Under the pieces are notes generated by a model, which made no database searches, was not told the DNA's origin, and saw nothing but the letters and a program-made list of their open reading frames with translations. From contig DJCU01000001.1 of NCBI GenBank assembly GCA_002430725.1, forward strand, positions 9,639-73,638: 64,000 nucleotides of DNA, written 5' to 3'. Shown here piece after piece: positions 9,008-18,297 of this stretch. This DNA is from Candidatus Gottesmanbacteria bacterium UBA5942. Lineage in GTDB: Bacteria > Patescibacteriota > Microgenomatia > UBA10105 > UBA927. The translations under genes and the position numbers were made by a program. Within the stretch, counting starts at the first letter, position 1; each line of letters starts with the position of its first letter.

Positions 9008-11176
9008 CTAGCTTTCTTTGGTTTCCGCTTGACTATTGAGGAAATCATCCGGGTTCTTGATCAATACATCACGTGGTTTTGAGCCTTCACCAACTCCAAT
9101 AATACCTGCCACTTCTAGTTGATCGAGTATTCTCGCCGCTCGCGCGTACCCTACTGAAAGTCGCCGCTGCAAAAGCGATGCCGATGCCTTATCGTATTGG
9201 CAAACAAGACGCAATGCTTCTTCGAATAACTGATCACGTCCATCCGAAGACCCACCAGCACCACCTTTTTTCATTGCAGACGCTGGCTGACTCAATACCT
9301 CTTCGGTATAGTGCACTTCCGCCTGCGTGCTTTTGAAAAAGTCTACCACCTTACTCACCTCTTTATCGGAAACGAACGTTCCTTGAATACGCATAGGCTT
9401 CGCCTGATCGGGAGGCACATACAACATGTCTCCCCGACCTAATAATTTTTCAGCACCGGGCATATCTATGATGACACGCGAATCCATCATGCTGGATACG
9501 TTGAACGCGATACGTGCGGGGATATTTGCTTTAATAAGCCCCGTAATGACATCAACGCTGGGTCGCTGTGTTGCAAGCACAAGATGAATTCCAGTCGCTC
9601 TCGCCATTTGAGCAATCCGACAGATAGTATCTTCTACTTCTACTGGCGCGTACGCCATAAGATCCGCCAGCTCATCGATAATGATGACAATATTGGGGAG
9701 TGCTTGAAACCCAGAGAGTTCGTTAAATCCATCGAGGTTTCTCACTCCTACCTCAGCAAATTGCTTGTATCTCCGTTCCATTTCCTGTGTTGCCCACCGG
9801 AGCGCTGAAAGTATTTTATCCGTCTCTACGATAACAGGAGTCAAGAGATGGGGGACACCGTTATACCCCACCAACTCTACCCTTTTTGGGTCTACCAAAA
9901 TAAGTCGTACTTCAGCCGGGGTCGTCCTGTATAACAAGCTACAAATCCATGCATTGAGTAATACGGATTTACCCGATCCGGTAGTACCCGCAACCAACAC
10001 ATGCGGCATTTTGGCAATATCACCAATTAATGGATTGCCCGACACATCAAGTCCCATTGCCACAGCAAGCTTGCTCTTGGCTTTCTTCATGTTGTCAGCA
10101 AGCAACATCCGCTTGAGTGTAACAAACTCTAGTCCACGGTTAGGAATTTCTATACCAACGAGGTCACGACCAGGTATAGGCGCTTCGATACGCACCTGTC
10201 CTGTCGGGGCAGCGAGGGCAAGCGCCATGTCGCTCGCGAGTGAAGTGATCTTGGATACTTTTGTACCTAATGACAACTTAATCGCGTACTGCGTCACTGC
10301 AGGGCCAGGGTTTACCTCTACAACATCTGCCTGAATACCAAAACTATCGAGTGTCTTTTCAATAATATCCGCATTTTTTCGCACATCTCCTCGATCAGCT
10401 TTTTCTCCCGGTCCGTCTGAAAGCATGTTGACATCGGGATATTCCCACGTCTTCATGTCCTGACTATTATTGAGTGATGACATCGTAAGAGCGCCACCAC
10501 TTGTAACAGCTTTTGGGGGAGTCGCTTCATTTTTTGCTGGCATCGGGGGAGGGCTTATCGGCTTTTTTATAGCAACCTTTTCCTCATCAGTCTCGCGAAT
10601 TTTGAGCGGCTGCTTTTGCTGACCACCGATGATAAGTGGTGACTTTTGTTCGCGCTGCCCGAGTGATCCAATCCACTCAAGTATCGTTTGCATCCCCATA
10701 AGAACAAAATTGATAAACTTATCAAGCGAAGTATTAAAAAGCACGATGACACCGATAAGAATAACTCCTAGAAATAGAAGGGTAGCCCCTTCAGGAGCAA
10801 TCGCGTCAGACGTAAGCACCCATAGAACGTCTCCAAAATCTCCAGCTCTGGTAAGCGCGAGCAAACCAAACAATATAATACCTAACCCCATGGGAACATT
10901 CTGATTTGCCAGTTCTGATTTTACTTTAAAAAATAACGTACTCGCTGACACTAAAAATATCGGGAGGAGATACATAACCCAGCCAAAATGATCGATGAGG
11001 CTAGCGCGAAGCGATGATAACACAGCTCCTTCACCAAAAAATGAAATCGATATTGCTGCAGCAAACAACCAAAACCATATCGCGGCAACAGTATATACAG
11101 TTTGCTTTTTAAGCTTCAAACCTAGACCTTTACGCTTATGATATTTGCGCTTTGATTTTTTAAGTTTAAATGCCAT
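9008..11176 (-). CDS. ftsK: DNA translocase FtsK/SpoIIIE.
   Basis: N-terminal TM segments, Walker A VAGTTGSGKSVLLN, the FtsK motor and a C-terminal gamma winged helix. Confidence 0.9.
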   Translation of the reverse strand: MAFKLKKSKRKYHKRKGLGLKLKKQTVYTVAAIWFWLFAAAISISFFGEGAVLSSLRASLIDHFGWVMYLLPIFLVSASTLFFKVKSELANQNVPMGLGIILFGLLALTRAGDFGDVLWVLTSDAIAPEGATLLFLGVILIGVIVLFNTSLDKFINFVLMGMQTILEWIGSLGQREQKSPLIIGGQQKQPLKIRETDEEKVAIKKPISPPPMPAKNEATPPKAVTSGGALTMSSLNNSQDMKTWEYPDVNMLSDGPGEKADRGDVRKNADIIEKTLDSFGIQADVVEVNPGPAVTQYAIKLSLGTKVSKITSLASDMALALAAPTGQVRIEAPIPGRDLVGIEIPNRGLEFVTLKRMLLADNMKKAKSKLAVAMGLDVSGNPLIGDIAKMPHVLVAGTTGSGKSVLLNAWICSLLYRTTPAEVRLILVDPKRVELVGYNGVPHLLTPVIVETDKILSALRWATQEMERRYKQFAEVGVRNLDGFNELSGFQALPNIVIIIDELADLMAYAPVEVEDTICRIAQMARATGIHLVLATQRPSVDVITGLIKANIPARIAFNVSSMMDSRVIIDMPGAEKLLGRGDMLYVPPDQAKPMRIQGTFVSDKEVSKVVDFFKSTQAEVHYTEEVLSQPASAMKKGGAGGSSDGRDQLFEEALRLVCQYDKASASLLQRRLSVGYARAARILDQLEVAGIIGVGEGSKPRDVLIKNPDDFLNSQAETKES

Positions 11177-11282
11177 ATATTCGGTACACTCCAGTATAGA
11201 AAGAGCAGCGCACTATTGCAACGGAAAACACCACTCCCCTTACCTACTTATATCCTATAGTAATATACTAAGAGTGTCAAGT

Positions 11283-13040
11283 TTACACTTCTAAAATAAC
11301 CGGAACGATAAGCGGACTTCTCCCCGTCTCTTTAAGAAGATACTCTTTAAGCGACTCCTCTATCCGCTTTCTGACATACTGCCAGTCAATAATCCTTCCT
11401 TTTTTGAGCGTCAAAGCATGAGATACCACATCGGCCGCTCGCGCGAGCAACTGCTGTGAGCCTTTCACGTAAACAAATCCCCGAGTGATAATCTCAGGAG
11501 CGCTCGTCATCCGCCCCGTTGCTTCCTCAATAGGTACAACCACTACCACGATACCCTCCAGTGCGATCGTCTGACGATCCCGAAGCACAACATTTCCCAC
11601 GTCCCCAATCCCCAATCCATCAATCATGATATGTTCAAGCGTTACTCGGTCGACTACTCGTGGTGGAGCATGTTCAGTAAATTCCATCACTTCCCCATCT
11701 TCAGGAATAATGACTGATCGTTTGTTGTATCCCAAATCCTCTGCAAGCCTTCGGTACTGCATGAGATGCTTATATGTGCCGCCAATTGGCCACACATATT
11801 TAGGTCCCACCGCAGAAAGCAACAACATCATGTCCCCGCTCGACCCATGACCTGACACATGAAGATCTTCCATAATATCGCTATATGACACCCTCGCGCC
11901 ATGTCGATATATTTGATCAATAAGTTTATTTACATCGTTTTCCCGCCCAGGAATAGGATCTGCTGAAATAATCACTGTATCAGTATCATTTAGCTTAATC
12001 ATTTTATGCGCATCATTTGCAATACGAGATAAATTTGAACTTGGCTGTCCCTGCGCTCCCGCCACCACCAAAAACTGTTTGTTTGCTGGCATGCGCTTGA
12101 GATCTCGATCGTTAATGATGACATCTCGTGGGAATTTCATGTACCTCAACTTTACTGATTCTTCTACGTTTTTATCGATACTCCGGCCTAAAAAGGCAAT
12201 TTTACGTCCATGTTTTTGCGCAAGCTCAATAGCAAGCTGTATACGGGAAATATTACTCGACTGCGTGGTAAACAATACCTTACCATGACTCAATCGCAAT
12301 TCTTTTTCTATTGTTTCACCGATAATTTGCTCGGAAGGGGTGAAACCCGGTCGCTCACTTCCTAAACTATCCGAAAGCATGCACAACACTCCTCTTTTCC
12401 CGACAGCGTTTATTTTCCCTATCTCAGATGGTTTATCGTCAAGCGGAGTAGGATCAAATTTAAAATCACTACCGTGATAAAAAATACCGACAGGTGTTTC
12501 AATCACGAGATGTGATGTATCTGGAATTGAGTGTGTCAAACGAATAAACGACACGCGAAAAGCGCCCGCCTCCACGACAGAATCAAACCGCATCGGCCGC
12601 ACTCGATCGCGTATTGGTGTTTCTTTCAATTTAAGGTTTGCGAAAGCCGCAGCAAGTGTTGGCCCATACATAGGGACTTTCCCAAGTTTTGGATAAATAT
12701 ACGGCAGTCCTCCGATGTGGTCATCGTGACCATGTGTAAAAACAAGCGCACGAATTTTATCCTTTTTATCCATAAGATACCGAACATCAGGGATAATGAG
12801 ATCAACCCCAAACATTTCGGCATCAGGAAATCCAATACCGCAATCTACAATAAGTATGTCGCGAATCTTACCGTCATAACGATATTCATAGACATACATA
12901 TTTTTGGTAACGTTCCCGCTTCCCCCAAGAGGGACAATGCGCACCGCACCTTTTCCTGAACTCGAACCAAATGATTTTCCTTCAAATATAGTTCTCCTTG
13001 CCGCATTGCGGGCTTGGTTATGTAGATACATTTTTTTCAT
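11283..13040 (-). CDS. rnj: Ribonuclease J (metallo-beta-lactamase plus beta-CASP).
   Basis: HGHDDHIGGLPYIY metallo-beta-lactamase motif, a beta-CASP region and 585 aa. Confidence 0.9.
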   Translation of the reverse strand: MKKMYLHNQARNAARRTIFEGKSFGSSSGKGAVRIVPLGGSGNVTKNMYVYEYRYDGKIRDILIVDCGIGFPDAEMFGVDLIIPDVRYLMDKKDKIRALVFTHGHDDHIGGLPYIYPKLGKVPMYGPTLAAAFANLKLKETPIRDRVRPMRFDSVVEAGAFRVSFIRLTHSIPDTSHLVIETPVGIFYHGSDFKFDPTPLDDKPSEIGKINAVGKRGVLCMLSDSLGSERPGFTPSEQIIGETIEKELRLSHGKVLFTTQSSNISRIQLAIELAQKHGRKIAFLGRSIDKNVEESVKLRYMKFPRDVIINDRDLKRMPANKQFLVVAGAQGQPSSNLSRIANDAHKMIKLNDTDTVIISADPIPGRENDVNKLIDQIYRHGARVSYSDIMEDLHVSGHGSSGDMMLLLSAVGPKYVWPIGGTYKHLMQYRRLAEDLGYNKRSVIIPEDGEVMEFTEHAPPRVVDRVTLEHIMIDGLGIGDVGNVVLRDRQTIALEGIVVVVVPIEEATGRMTSAPEIITRGFVYVKGSQQLLARAADVVSHALTLKKGRIIDWQYVRKRIEESLKEYLLKETGRSPLIVPVILEV

Positions 13041-13109
13041 ACTCTCCTACTTTCTTTTGTTGAGAAGTTGCTTTACGTACATGGGGCAGTGATTTACGTG
13101 TTGTTACGT

Positions 13110-14213
13110 CTAGTATACCTCTATAAAATTTTTAATATTATTTTCGTCTAAGTGAAACGATTTTTCTTTTCCTTCTATGATAGACAGTGCTACCTTCCGG
13201 CAAACACTATTTAATGTACGCTCAATCGAGCGAATACCAGCATCATACCCCAATGGACGGACTAACTTTGCCCACATCGCATCTGCAATCGTCAGATTTT
13301 CTGCTGTTAACCCTGACTCTCGCATAAGCTCTGGCATCACGTATTTTTTGGCAATCTCTATCTTTTCCTCATCAGTATATGAAGGCATCTGAATCGGCTC
13401 CAACCGATCTAAGACTGCTGTTGCAATATTTGTCGTGTTGTTACTAGTCGCAATAAACAGCACTTCTGACAAATCAAACGGATAATCAAGGTAATGATCG
13501 ACAAATGCTGAATTTTGTTCCGGATCCAACAATTCAACTAATACACCCATAATGTCGCCCCTCGCGTGTTCCGATACGCGGTCTACTTCGTCAAGCAATA
13601 CTACGGGATTTTTTGTTCCCGCAAACCGTAATCCTTTAAGGATAAGCCCTATTTCTGCATCTGGACGCACACGTGACTGTCCACGAAGTTCGAGTGCATC
13701 TGACATACCTCCAAATGCAATACGGACAAACCGTCTTCCCATCGCTTGCGCGATAGATTTTGCAAGTGTCGTTTTACCCGTACCAACAAGCCCTACCAGA
13801 CATAAAATAGGAGCGCGGCGGGCAAGCATTGCGTGTGTCGTTTTTGCTTCTTCCTCACGCGTATCCGTTGGCTTTTGTGCTTCTTTTGCCCATCGATCCT
13901 GATTGAGATGAATAACTGCCAAATATTCTAAAATGCGCTCCTTCACCGGTTGCAAACCATAGTGATGCATCTCAAGAATTTTTCTCGCGTTGGGTATATC
14001 TATCTGATCCTGAGTGCGTTCGTTCCAGGGTAAATTCACCACCCAATCGATATACCGAAGCATTTGTTCTATATGCACGCGCGCGGATATATCGTGCTCT
14101 AATCGTTCAATTTCTTCGAGATTAGATACAACTCTTGTCTCCATTTCCGGAGGAACTTGTACTTCCTTCAATTTTTTACGAAGTGAAGTGACTTCATCGA
14201 GCAGTCTAGACAT
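13110..14213 (-). CDS. Lon-like AAA+ ATPase module that lacks both the Lon N-terminal substrate domain and the S16 protease domain.
   Basis: YIDWVVNLPWNERTQ...HHYGLQPVKERILEYLAV...PILCLVGLVGTGKTTLAKSIAQAMGRRFVRIAFGG...VVLLDEVDRV...LDPEQNSAFVDHYL aligns with the LonA AAA+ region. The ORF ends at the AAA/protease boundary and no protease ORF follows. The alternative start at 14255 is less likely. Confidence 0.75.
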   Translation of the reverse strand: MSRLLDEVTSLRKKLKEVQVPPEMETRVVSNLEEIERLEHDISARVHIEQMLRYIDWVVNLPWNERTQDQIDIPNARKILEMHHYGLQPVKERILEYLAVIHLNQDRWAKEAQKPTDTREEEAKTTHAMLARRAPILCLVGLVGTGKTTLAKSIAQAMGRRFVRIAFGGMSDALELRGQSRVRPDAEIGLILKGLRFAGTKNPVVLLDEVDRVSEHARGDIMGVLVELLDPEQNSAFVDHYLDYPFDLSEVLFIATSNNTTNIATAVLDRLEPIQMPSYTDEEKIEIAKKYVMPELMRESGLTAENLTIADAMWAKLVRPLGYDAGIRSIERTLNSVCRKVALSIIEGKEKSFHLDENNIKNFIEVY

Positions 14214-14359
14214 AGTACTATCATAGCAAATTTTGTGCGGCAATACTGCGAGCACTCACGCGGAATCCATACACCGAGAATGAGTGTTTATCACAAAGGG
14301 ATATATAAACCCACGAATGTCGTGAAGCAGCCATGAATGGTGAAAGAACGCTCTACGGA

Positions 14360-16546
14360 TTAAAACCTTCTCCGTCCGCCACCGTATCCTCCGCGTCCAC
14401 CGCGCCCACCGCGATCGCCACCGCCAGAACGGGATTCAGCGGGTTTTGCTTTGGCATCTTCTCCAAATAACATGGAGAGATTGATGCGGTGCATATCGTC
14501 AATTTCCATCACACGAACCTTCACCTTTTGCCCGATCGACACAATCTTTGCAGGATCATCGACAAAGTCCACGCTCATCTGTGAGACATGCACCATGCCT
14601 TCCTTACCAGGGAGAATTTCAACGAATGCACCAAATGGCAATATTCGTTTTACTTCTCCTTCAAACTCTTCTCCTGCTTCGACATCATGTGTCAGACCCT
14701 CGACCCATTCGACTGCCTTTTGAACATTCATAGCGTCAGTGCCAGAGATAAACACTGACCCGTCATCATTGACGTCAACAGTGGCTCCGGTGGTCGCGAT
14801 GATGTTTCGGATTACTTTGCCACCCGGACCAATAACCTCACCGATTCGTTCGGTCGGAATTTTGATCACTTTAATCTTGGGCGCGTACTGTGAGACTGCC
14901 TTTCTTGGCGAGTCGATCACTGCATTAATTTTGCCCAATATCATCATACGAGCAACCTTTGCCCGTTCCAGCGTCTCTTCAACAATCTCATCAGTTAACC
15001 CGTCAATTTTCATGTCGAGCTGGATTGCCGTAATACCATTTTTGGTTCCGGCAACTTTAAAGTCCATGTCACCTGAAAAATCCTCAATTCCCAAAATATC
15101 GGTGAGCAATACATAATTCTTTTTATCAGACATAAGTCCGATGGAAATACCGGCAACTGGTTCTTTGATCGGAACTCCTGCATCCATAAGCGCTAACGTA
15201 GAGCCACACGTACTCGCCATAGATGTAGATCCGTTACTACTCATGATTTCAGATACCAGCCGAATGGTGTATGGAAATTCTTCCTCAGACGGAATAACTG
15301 CCATAAGTGCACGTTCGGCAAGTGCCCCGTGACCGATTTCGCGGCGTGACGGTGTTCCTACTCTCCCTGTTTCTCCGACAGAGTATGGAGGCATGCTGTA
15401 GTGGTGAATATATCGCTTGGATTCTTCTCCCATCGGGCTTTCAATAAGCTGTTCAAGGCTTGGAGTTCCCAATGTTGCAACAGTCAATGCTTGAGTTTGA
15501 CCACGCTTAAACATGGCACTTCCATGCGTTCTGGAAAGAATTCCCACTTCTATTTCTATGGGTCTTACTTCATCCAATTTGCGTCCGTCAAACCGCTTCT
15601 GGTGAAGTAATACATTCTCACGAACCTGTTTTTTGAACAACGCATCAAGCGCTTCTTCAATCGCTTTGATCGTGTAGTCGGCTCCGTAGTTTTCAGAGAT
15701 TACTTTGGCAAGCTCAGCAACTTCAGCGCCACCAAACTCTTTCTCGGCTTTCTTCGCAAACGCGACATCCATTTCTTTGCGATAGTCTTTTTCAATTTTC
15801 TTTTTCAACTCATCGGCTTCAGAAACCTCCGGCACTGTTACTTTTGTTTTTCCTACTTCACCCACCAACTCATTGATGAGATCGATAAGCTGTCCATTTA
15901 CTTTTTTCGCTTCAACAACAGCGCCTGCAACGATCGATTCTGGTGTTTCACAGAATCCGCCCTCTAACATAATAATCTTGTCTTTAGTACCTGAAACGAC
16001 AAAATCAAATTCACTCGTTTCCTGCTCTAAACTAGTCGGATTGATAATGTACGCGCCTGTTTCAGTACCTGTTTCTTTGACATACCCTACTCGTACACCT
16101 GCTATCGGCCCATTCCATGGAACAGGAGAGATAGCAATGGCTGCGCTGGTCGCGACCAATCCTAATACGTCAGGATCATTTTGTCCGTCAACAGAAAGCA
16201 CAGTAATAATCACCTGTACGTCATGCTTGTATGACTTTGGGAACAACGGTCGAATAGAACGATCTATGACACGACCAGCAAGCACTGCGTCATCGGTGGG
16301 TCGACCTTCACGCTTTACCCATCGACTGCCTTTGATACGTCCACCTGCATACAACCGCTCAACGTATTCGACAGAAAGCGGGAAGTAATCAAGGGTTGTT
16401 TCTTTACTTGAAGCGGTCACGGTAGCAAGTACCATGGTTTCTCCGTATTTCGCGAGCACTGCGGCTGACGCCTGCTCAGCAAACCGTCCGACTTCCAGCG
16501 TTAACGTTTTTCCTGCAATTTCTGCAGATTTGGAAATAATCTTCAT
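14360..16546 (-). CDS. pnp: Polynucleotide phosphorylase with a C-terminal RGG-rich tail.
   Basis: Two RNase PH domains, KH and S1 (GEEFEGEVKRILPFGAFVEI). Tail SRSGGGDRGGRGGRGGYGGGRRRF. Confidence 0.92.
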   Translation of the reverse strand: MKIISKSAEIAGKTLTLEVGRFAEQASAAVLAKYGETMVLATVTASSKETTLDYFPLSVEYVERLYAGGRIKGSRWVKREGRPTDDAVLAGRVIDRSIRPLFPKSYKHDVQVIITVLSVDGQNDPDVLGLVATSAAIAISPVPWNGPIAGVRVGYVKETGTETGAYIINPTSLEQETSEFDFVVSGTKDKIIMLEGGFCETPESIVAGAVVEAKKVNGQLIDLINELVGEVGKTKVTVPEVSEADELKKKIEKDYRKEMDVAFAKKAEKEFGGAEVAELAKVISENYGADYTIKAIEEALDALFKKQVRENVLLHQKRFDGRKLDEVRPIEIEVGILSRTHGSAMFKRGQTQALTVATLGTPSLEQLIESPMGEESKRYIHHYSMPPYSVGETGRVGTPSRREIGHGALAERALMAVIPSEEEFPYTIRLVSEIMSSNGSTSMASTCGSTLALMDAGVPIKEPVAGISIGLMSDKKNYVLLTDILGIEDFSGDMDFKVAGTKNGITAIQLDMKIDGLTDEIVEETLERAKVARMMILGKINAVIDSPRKAVSQYAPKIKVIKIPTERIGEVIGPGGKVIRNIIATTGATVDVNDDGSVFISGTDAMNVQKAVEWVEGLTHDVEAGEEFEGEVKRILPFGAFVEILPGKEGMVHVSQMSVDFVDDPAKIVSIGQKVKVRVMEIDDMHRINLSMLFGEDAKAKPAESRSGGGDRGGRGGRGGYGGGRRRF

Positions 16547-16665
16547 AATTCTCTCGCCCCGGGGTTCTTGGGAAGTATAAGTGTTGCTAGGGATTGAAGA
16601 TAGAAAATGGAAGAACCCGTTATTTTCTACTTCTATACTCTATCCTCGACCACTAGCTGCCTATC

Positions 16666-16690
16666 TTCCAAAAACCGCGTGCGGTTTGGG
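16666..16690 (-). terminator. Intrinsic terminator-like hairpin plus U-tract downstream of rpsO and upstream of pnp.
   Basis: Minus-strand RNA AAACCG-CACG-CGGUUU followed by UU: 6-bp stem, 4-nt loop. Confidence 0.5.
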
Positions 16691-16700
16691 TAAATAAAGC

Positions 16701-17162
16701 TTATGTTAAGCCTAATTTTTCTTTAATCTCTATAAACCGTTTCTTTTCTTTTTTCTCTAAGTAATTTAACAATCGGCGGCGTTTGCTGACAATGCCCAAA
16801 AGTCCGCGTCTTGAATGATTATCATGCGGATTGGTTCGAAGGTGTCCCACAAGCTTCTCAATTCTGCGGGTAAGCAATGCTACCTGTACTTCAGGACTAC
16901 CTGTATCACCATTTTTTACAGCAAACTGTGCGATAATTTCCTGTTTTTCAGGTGAGGGAATAGCTAACTCTTCTGCAGTCGGCGCTTTCGCTGCCTTTTT
17001 CTGTGATGCCTGCCCGGATATTTTTTTCGGAGCTTTCACCGGTTTTTCCGCTTTCGCTGCTTTTACTGTTTTTTCTACTTTCGAAACCTTTTCTTCAACT
17101 GGCTTCGTTGTCTTTTTTGCTGCGGGTTTTGCAGCGGCTTTTTTCGTTGTTTTTGTTGCCAT
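16701..17162 (-). CDS. rpsO: Ribosomal protein S15 with a Lys/Ala-rich N-terminal extension of about 65 aa.
   Basis: C-terminal [40 protein letters not shown] is canonical S15. The N-terminus [47 protein letters not shown] resembles a histone H1 tail. Confidence 0.85.
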   Translation of the reverse strand: MATKTTKKAAAKPAAKKTTKPVEEKVSKVEKTVKAAKAEKPVKAPKKISGQASQKKAAKAPTAEELAIPSPEKQEIIAQFAVKNGDTGSPEVQVALLTRRIEKLVGHLRTNPHDNHSRRGLLGIVSKRRRLLNYLEKKEKKRFIEIKEKLGLT

Positions 17163-17172
17163 ACGAATTTAT

Positions 17173-17213
17173 AAAAAGGAGCACACGTTCTTGCTCCTAA
17201 GGCTATCATTATA
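17173..17213 (-). promoter_or_regulatory. Structured rpsO leader: TATAAT-like -10 box followed by a GGAGCA...TGCUCC hairpin plus U-run just before the start codon.
   Basis: Minus-strand sequence TATAAT (17208-17213 as attata), then GGAGCAAGAACGUGUGCUCC-UUUUU, then 12 nt to the rpsO ATG. Confidence 0.4.
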
Positions 17214-17257
17214 CGATATTCTGTTCTCTTTTACCAGTAGTGAGATTAAGAAGTCTT

Positions 17258-18235
17258 TCAAAGAAGCGAAGAACTCTTAAAAATTTTTGGCTTGAGCCAA
17301 TCAGATGGCGGCGCCACTGGCTTTTTACTCTCATCCATAGTCTGGCTTGCTTTCGGTTCACTCATCGGCACTGGAACAGGAGCTGCCATCGGCTGTTCTT
17401 GAATGGGTGTTTGAATAGGAGCGGGAGTCGCTGATGTCACCGGCTGTTTATTGACAAACACTTTCGGTTCTTCTGCCATAACTGGTGGTTGATGACCAGC
17501 AACACCAAATCGTTTTGCTCCCGCTTTAAGACACACGCTTGCCACCTCAAACGCCATACTGGTGACATTGCTATTTGAAAAATTATTGGTCGCTTCATAA
17601 ATCGCGTTGAGTAAATTTGTCGCGATATCGGTCGTAAGCTTTACCCCAAGTGTTGCTAAAAATTCGGCAACAAGCTCTGTGGTCGAAGATGCACCAGGAT
17701 CCACAAGATTAATCACACCATAGTTGGTGTTATCACCATGGAAATCGATATTGATAATCTGCTTGCTATTCATGATGTCTTTCTGATGTTCATATACCGA
17801 CCCCAAATCTTTTGGATCGATGGTATCGACACTCAAGATAAGATCCGCTGATACTCCCTGATATGAGTACTGCACTTTATCAGGGCTAAAAAGGTCAAAT
17901 CCTGGACGATGTTCCACGACTAAATTGAACTTTTTGCCTTCGATATTATAGCTAACTTTTTCGATAGACCCATCGACATAATCAAGTGAAATAACAAAAT
18001 TTTTCTTGCCGAAATCCCGAACCACTCGATCGACTCCCACAAAACTGGATAAATTGACCGTAACCGGATCCGGACAAACAACGGTAGCTTTTTTACCGAG
18101 AGATATAAGCCCCAACATGAGGGCCAAACTTCCACCCATACTGTCCATGGTGGGCTTGGCGTGGGTAACAATGACAATGTCATTAGCTTTTCCCACAAGT
18201 TCTTTTGCTTTGGTGAGTGCTTCTTCGTAGGTCAT
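17258..18235 (-). CDS. nrnA: DHH/DHHA1 phosphoesterase (NrnA-like nanoRNase / pAp phosphatase) with a Pro-rich C-terminal tail.
   Basis: DHH motifs (VIVTHAKPTMDSMGG; IDFHGDN), a DHHA1 region, and the position between infB and rpsO. Confidence 0.7.
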   Translation of the reverse strand: MTYEEALTKAKELVGKANDIVIVTHAKPTMDSMGGSLALMLGLISLGKKATVVCPDPVTVNLSSFVGVDRVVRDFGKKNFVISLDYVDGSIEKVSYNIEGKKFNLVVEHRPGFDLFSPDKVQYSYQGVSADLILSVDTIDPKDLGSVYEHQKDIMNSKQIINIDFHGDNTNYGVINLVDPGASSTTELVAEFLATLGVKLTTDIATNLLNAIYEATNNFSNSNVTSMAFEVASVCLKAGAKRFGVAGHQPPVMAEEPKVFVNKQPVTSATPAPIQTPIQEQPMAAPVPVPMSEPKASQTMDESKKPVAPPSDWLKPKIFKSSSLL

Positions 18236-18297
18236 ATAATAAGCAATTCGTAACGAGAAAATAGAACAAATCTATTCACTCACTACTGCGCGCTAGA

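Noticed and set aside
9584-10904. Several 60-190 aa plus-strand ORFs inside ftsK, and similar antisense ORFs inside RNase J, pnp, infB, dnaK, groEL, murJ and the helicase-nuclease.
   Set aside because: They are antisense to long, motif-validated genes, have low-complexity or odd compositions, and have no start-site signals.
16547-16700. Searched the largest intergenic regions (16547-16700, 32734-32887, 34686-34862, 46914-47031) for tRNA or other RNA genes.
   Set aside because: No cloverleaf-compatible arms or T-loop GTTCGA-type motifs were found. The regions are better explained as terminators and leaders.
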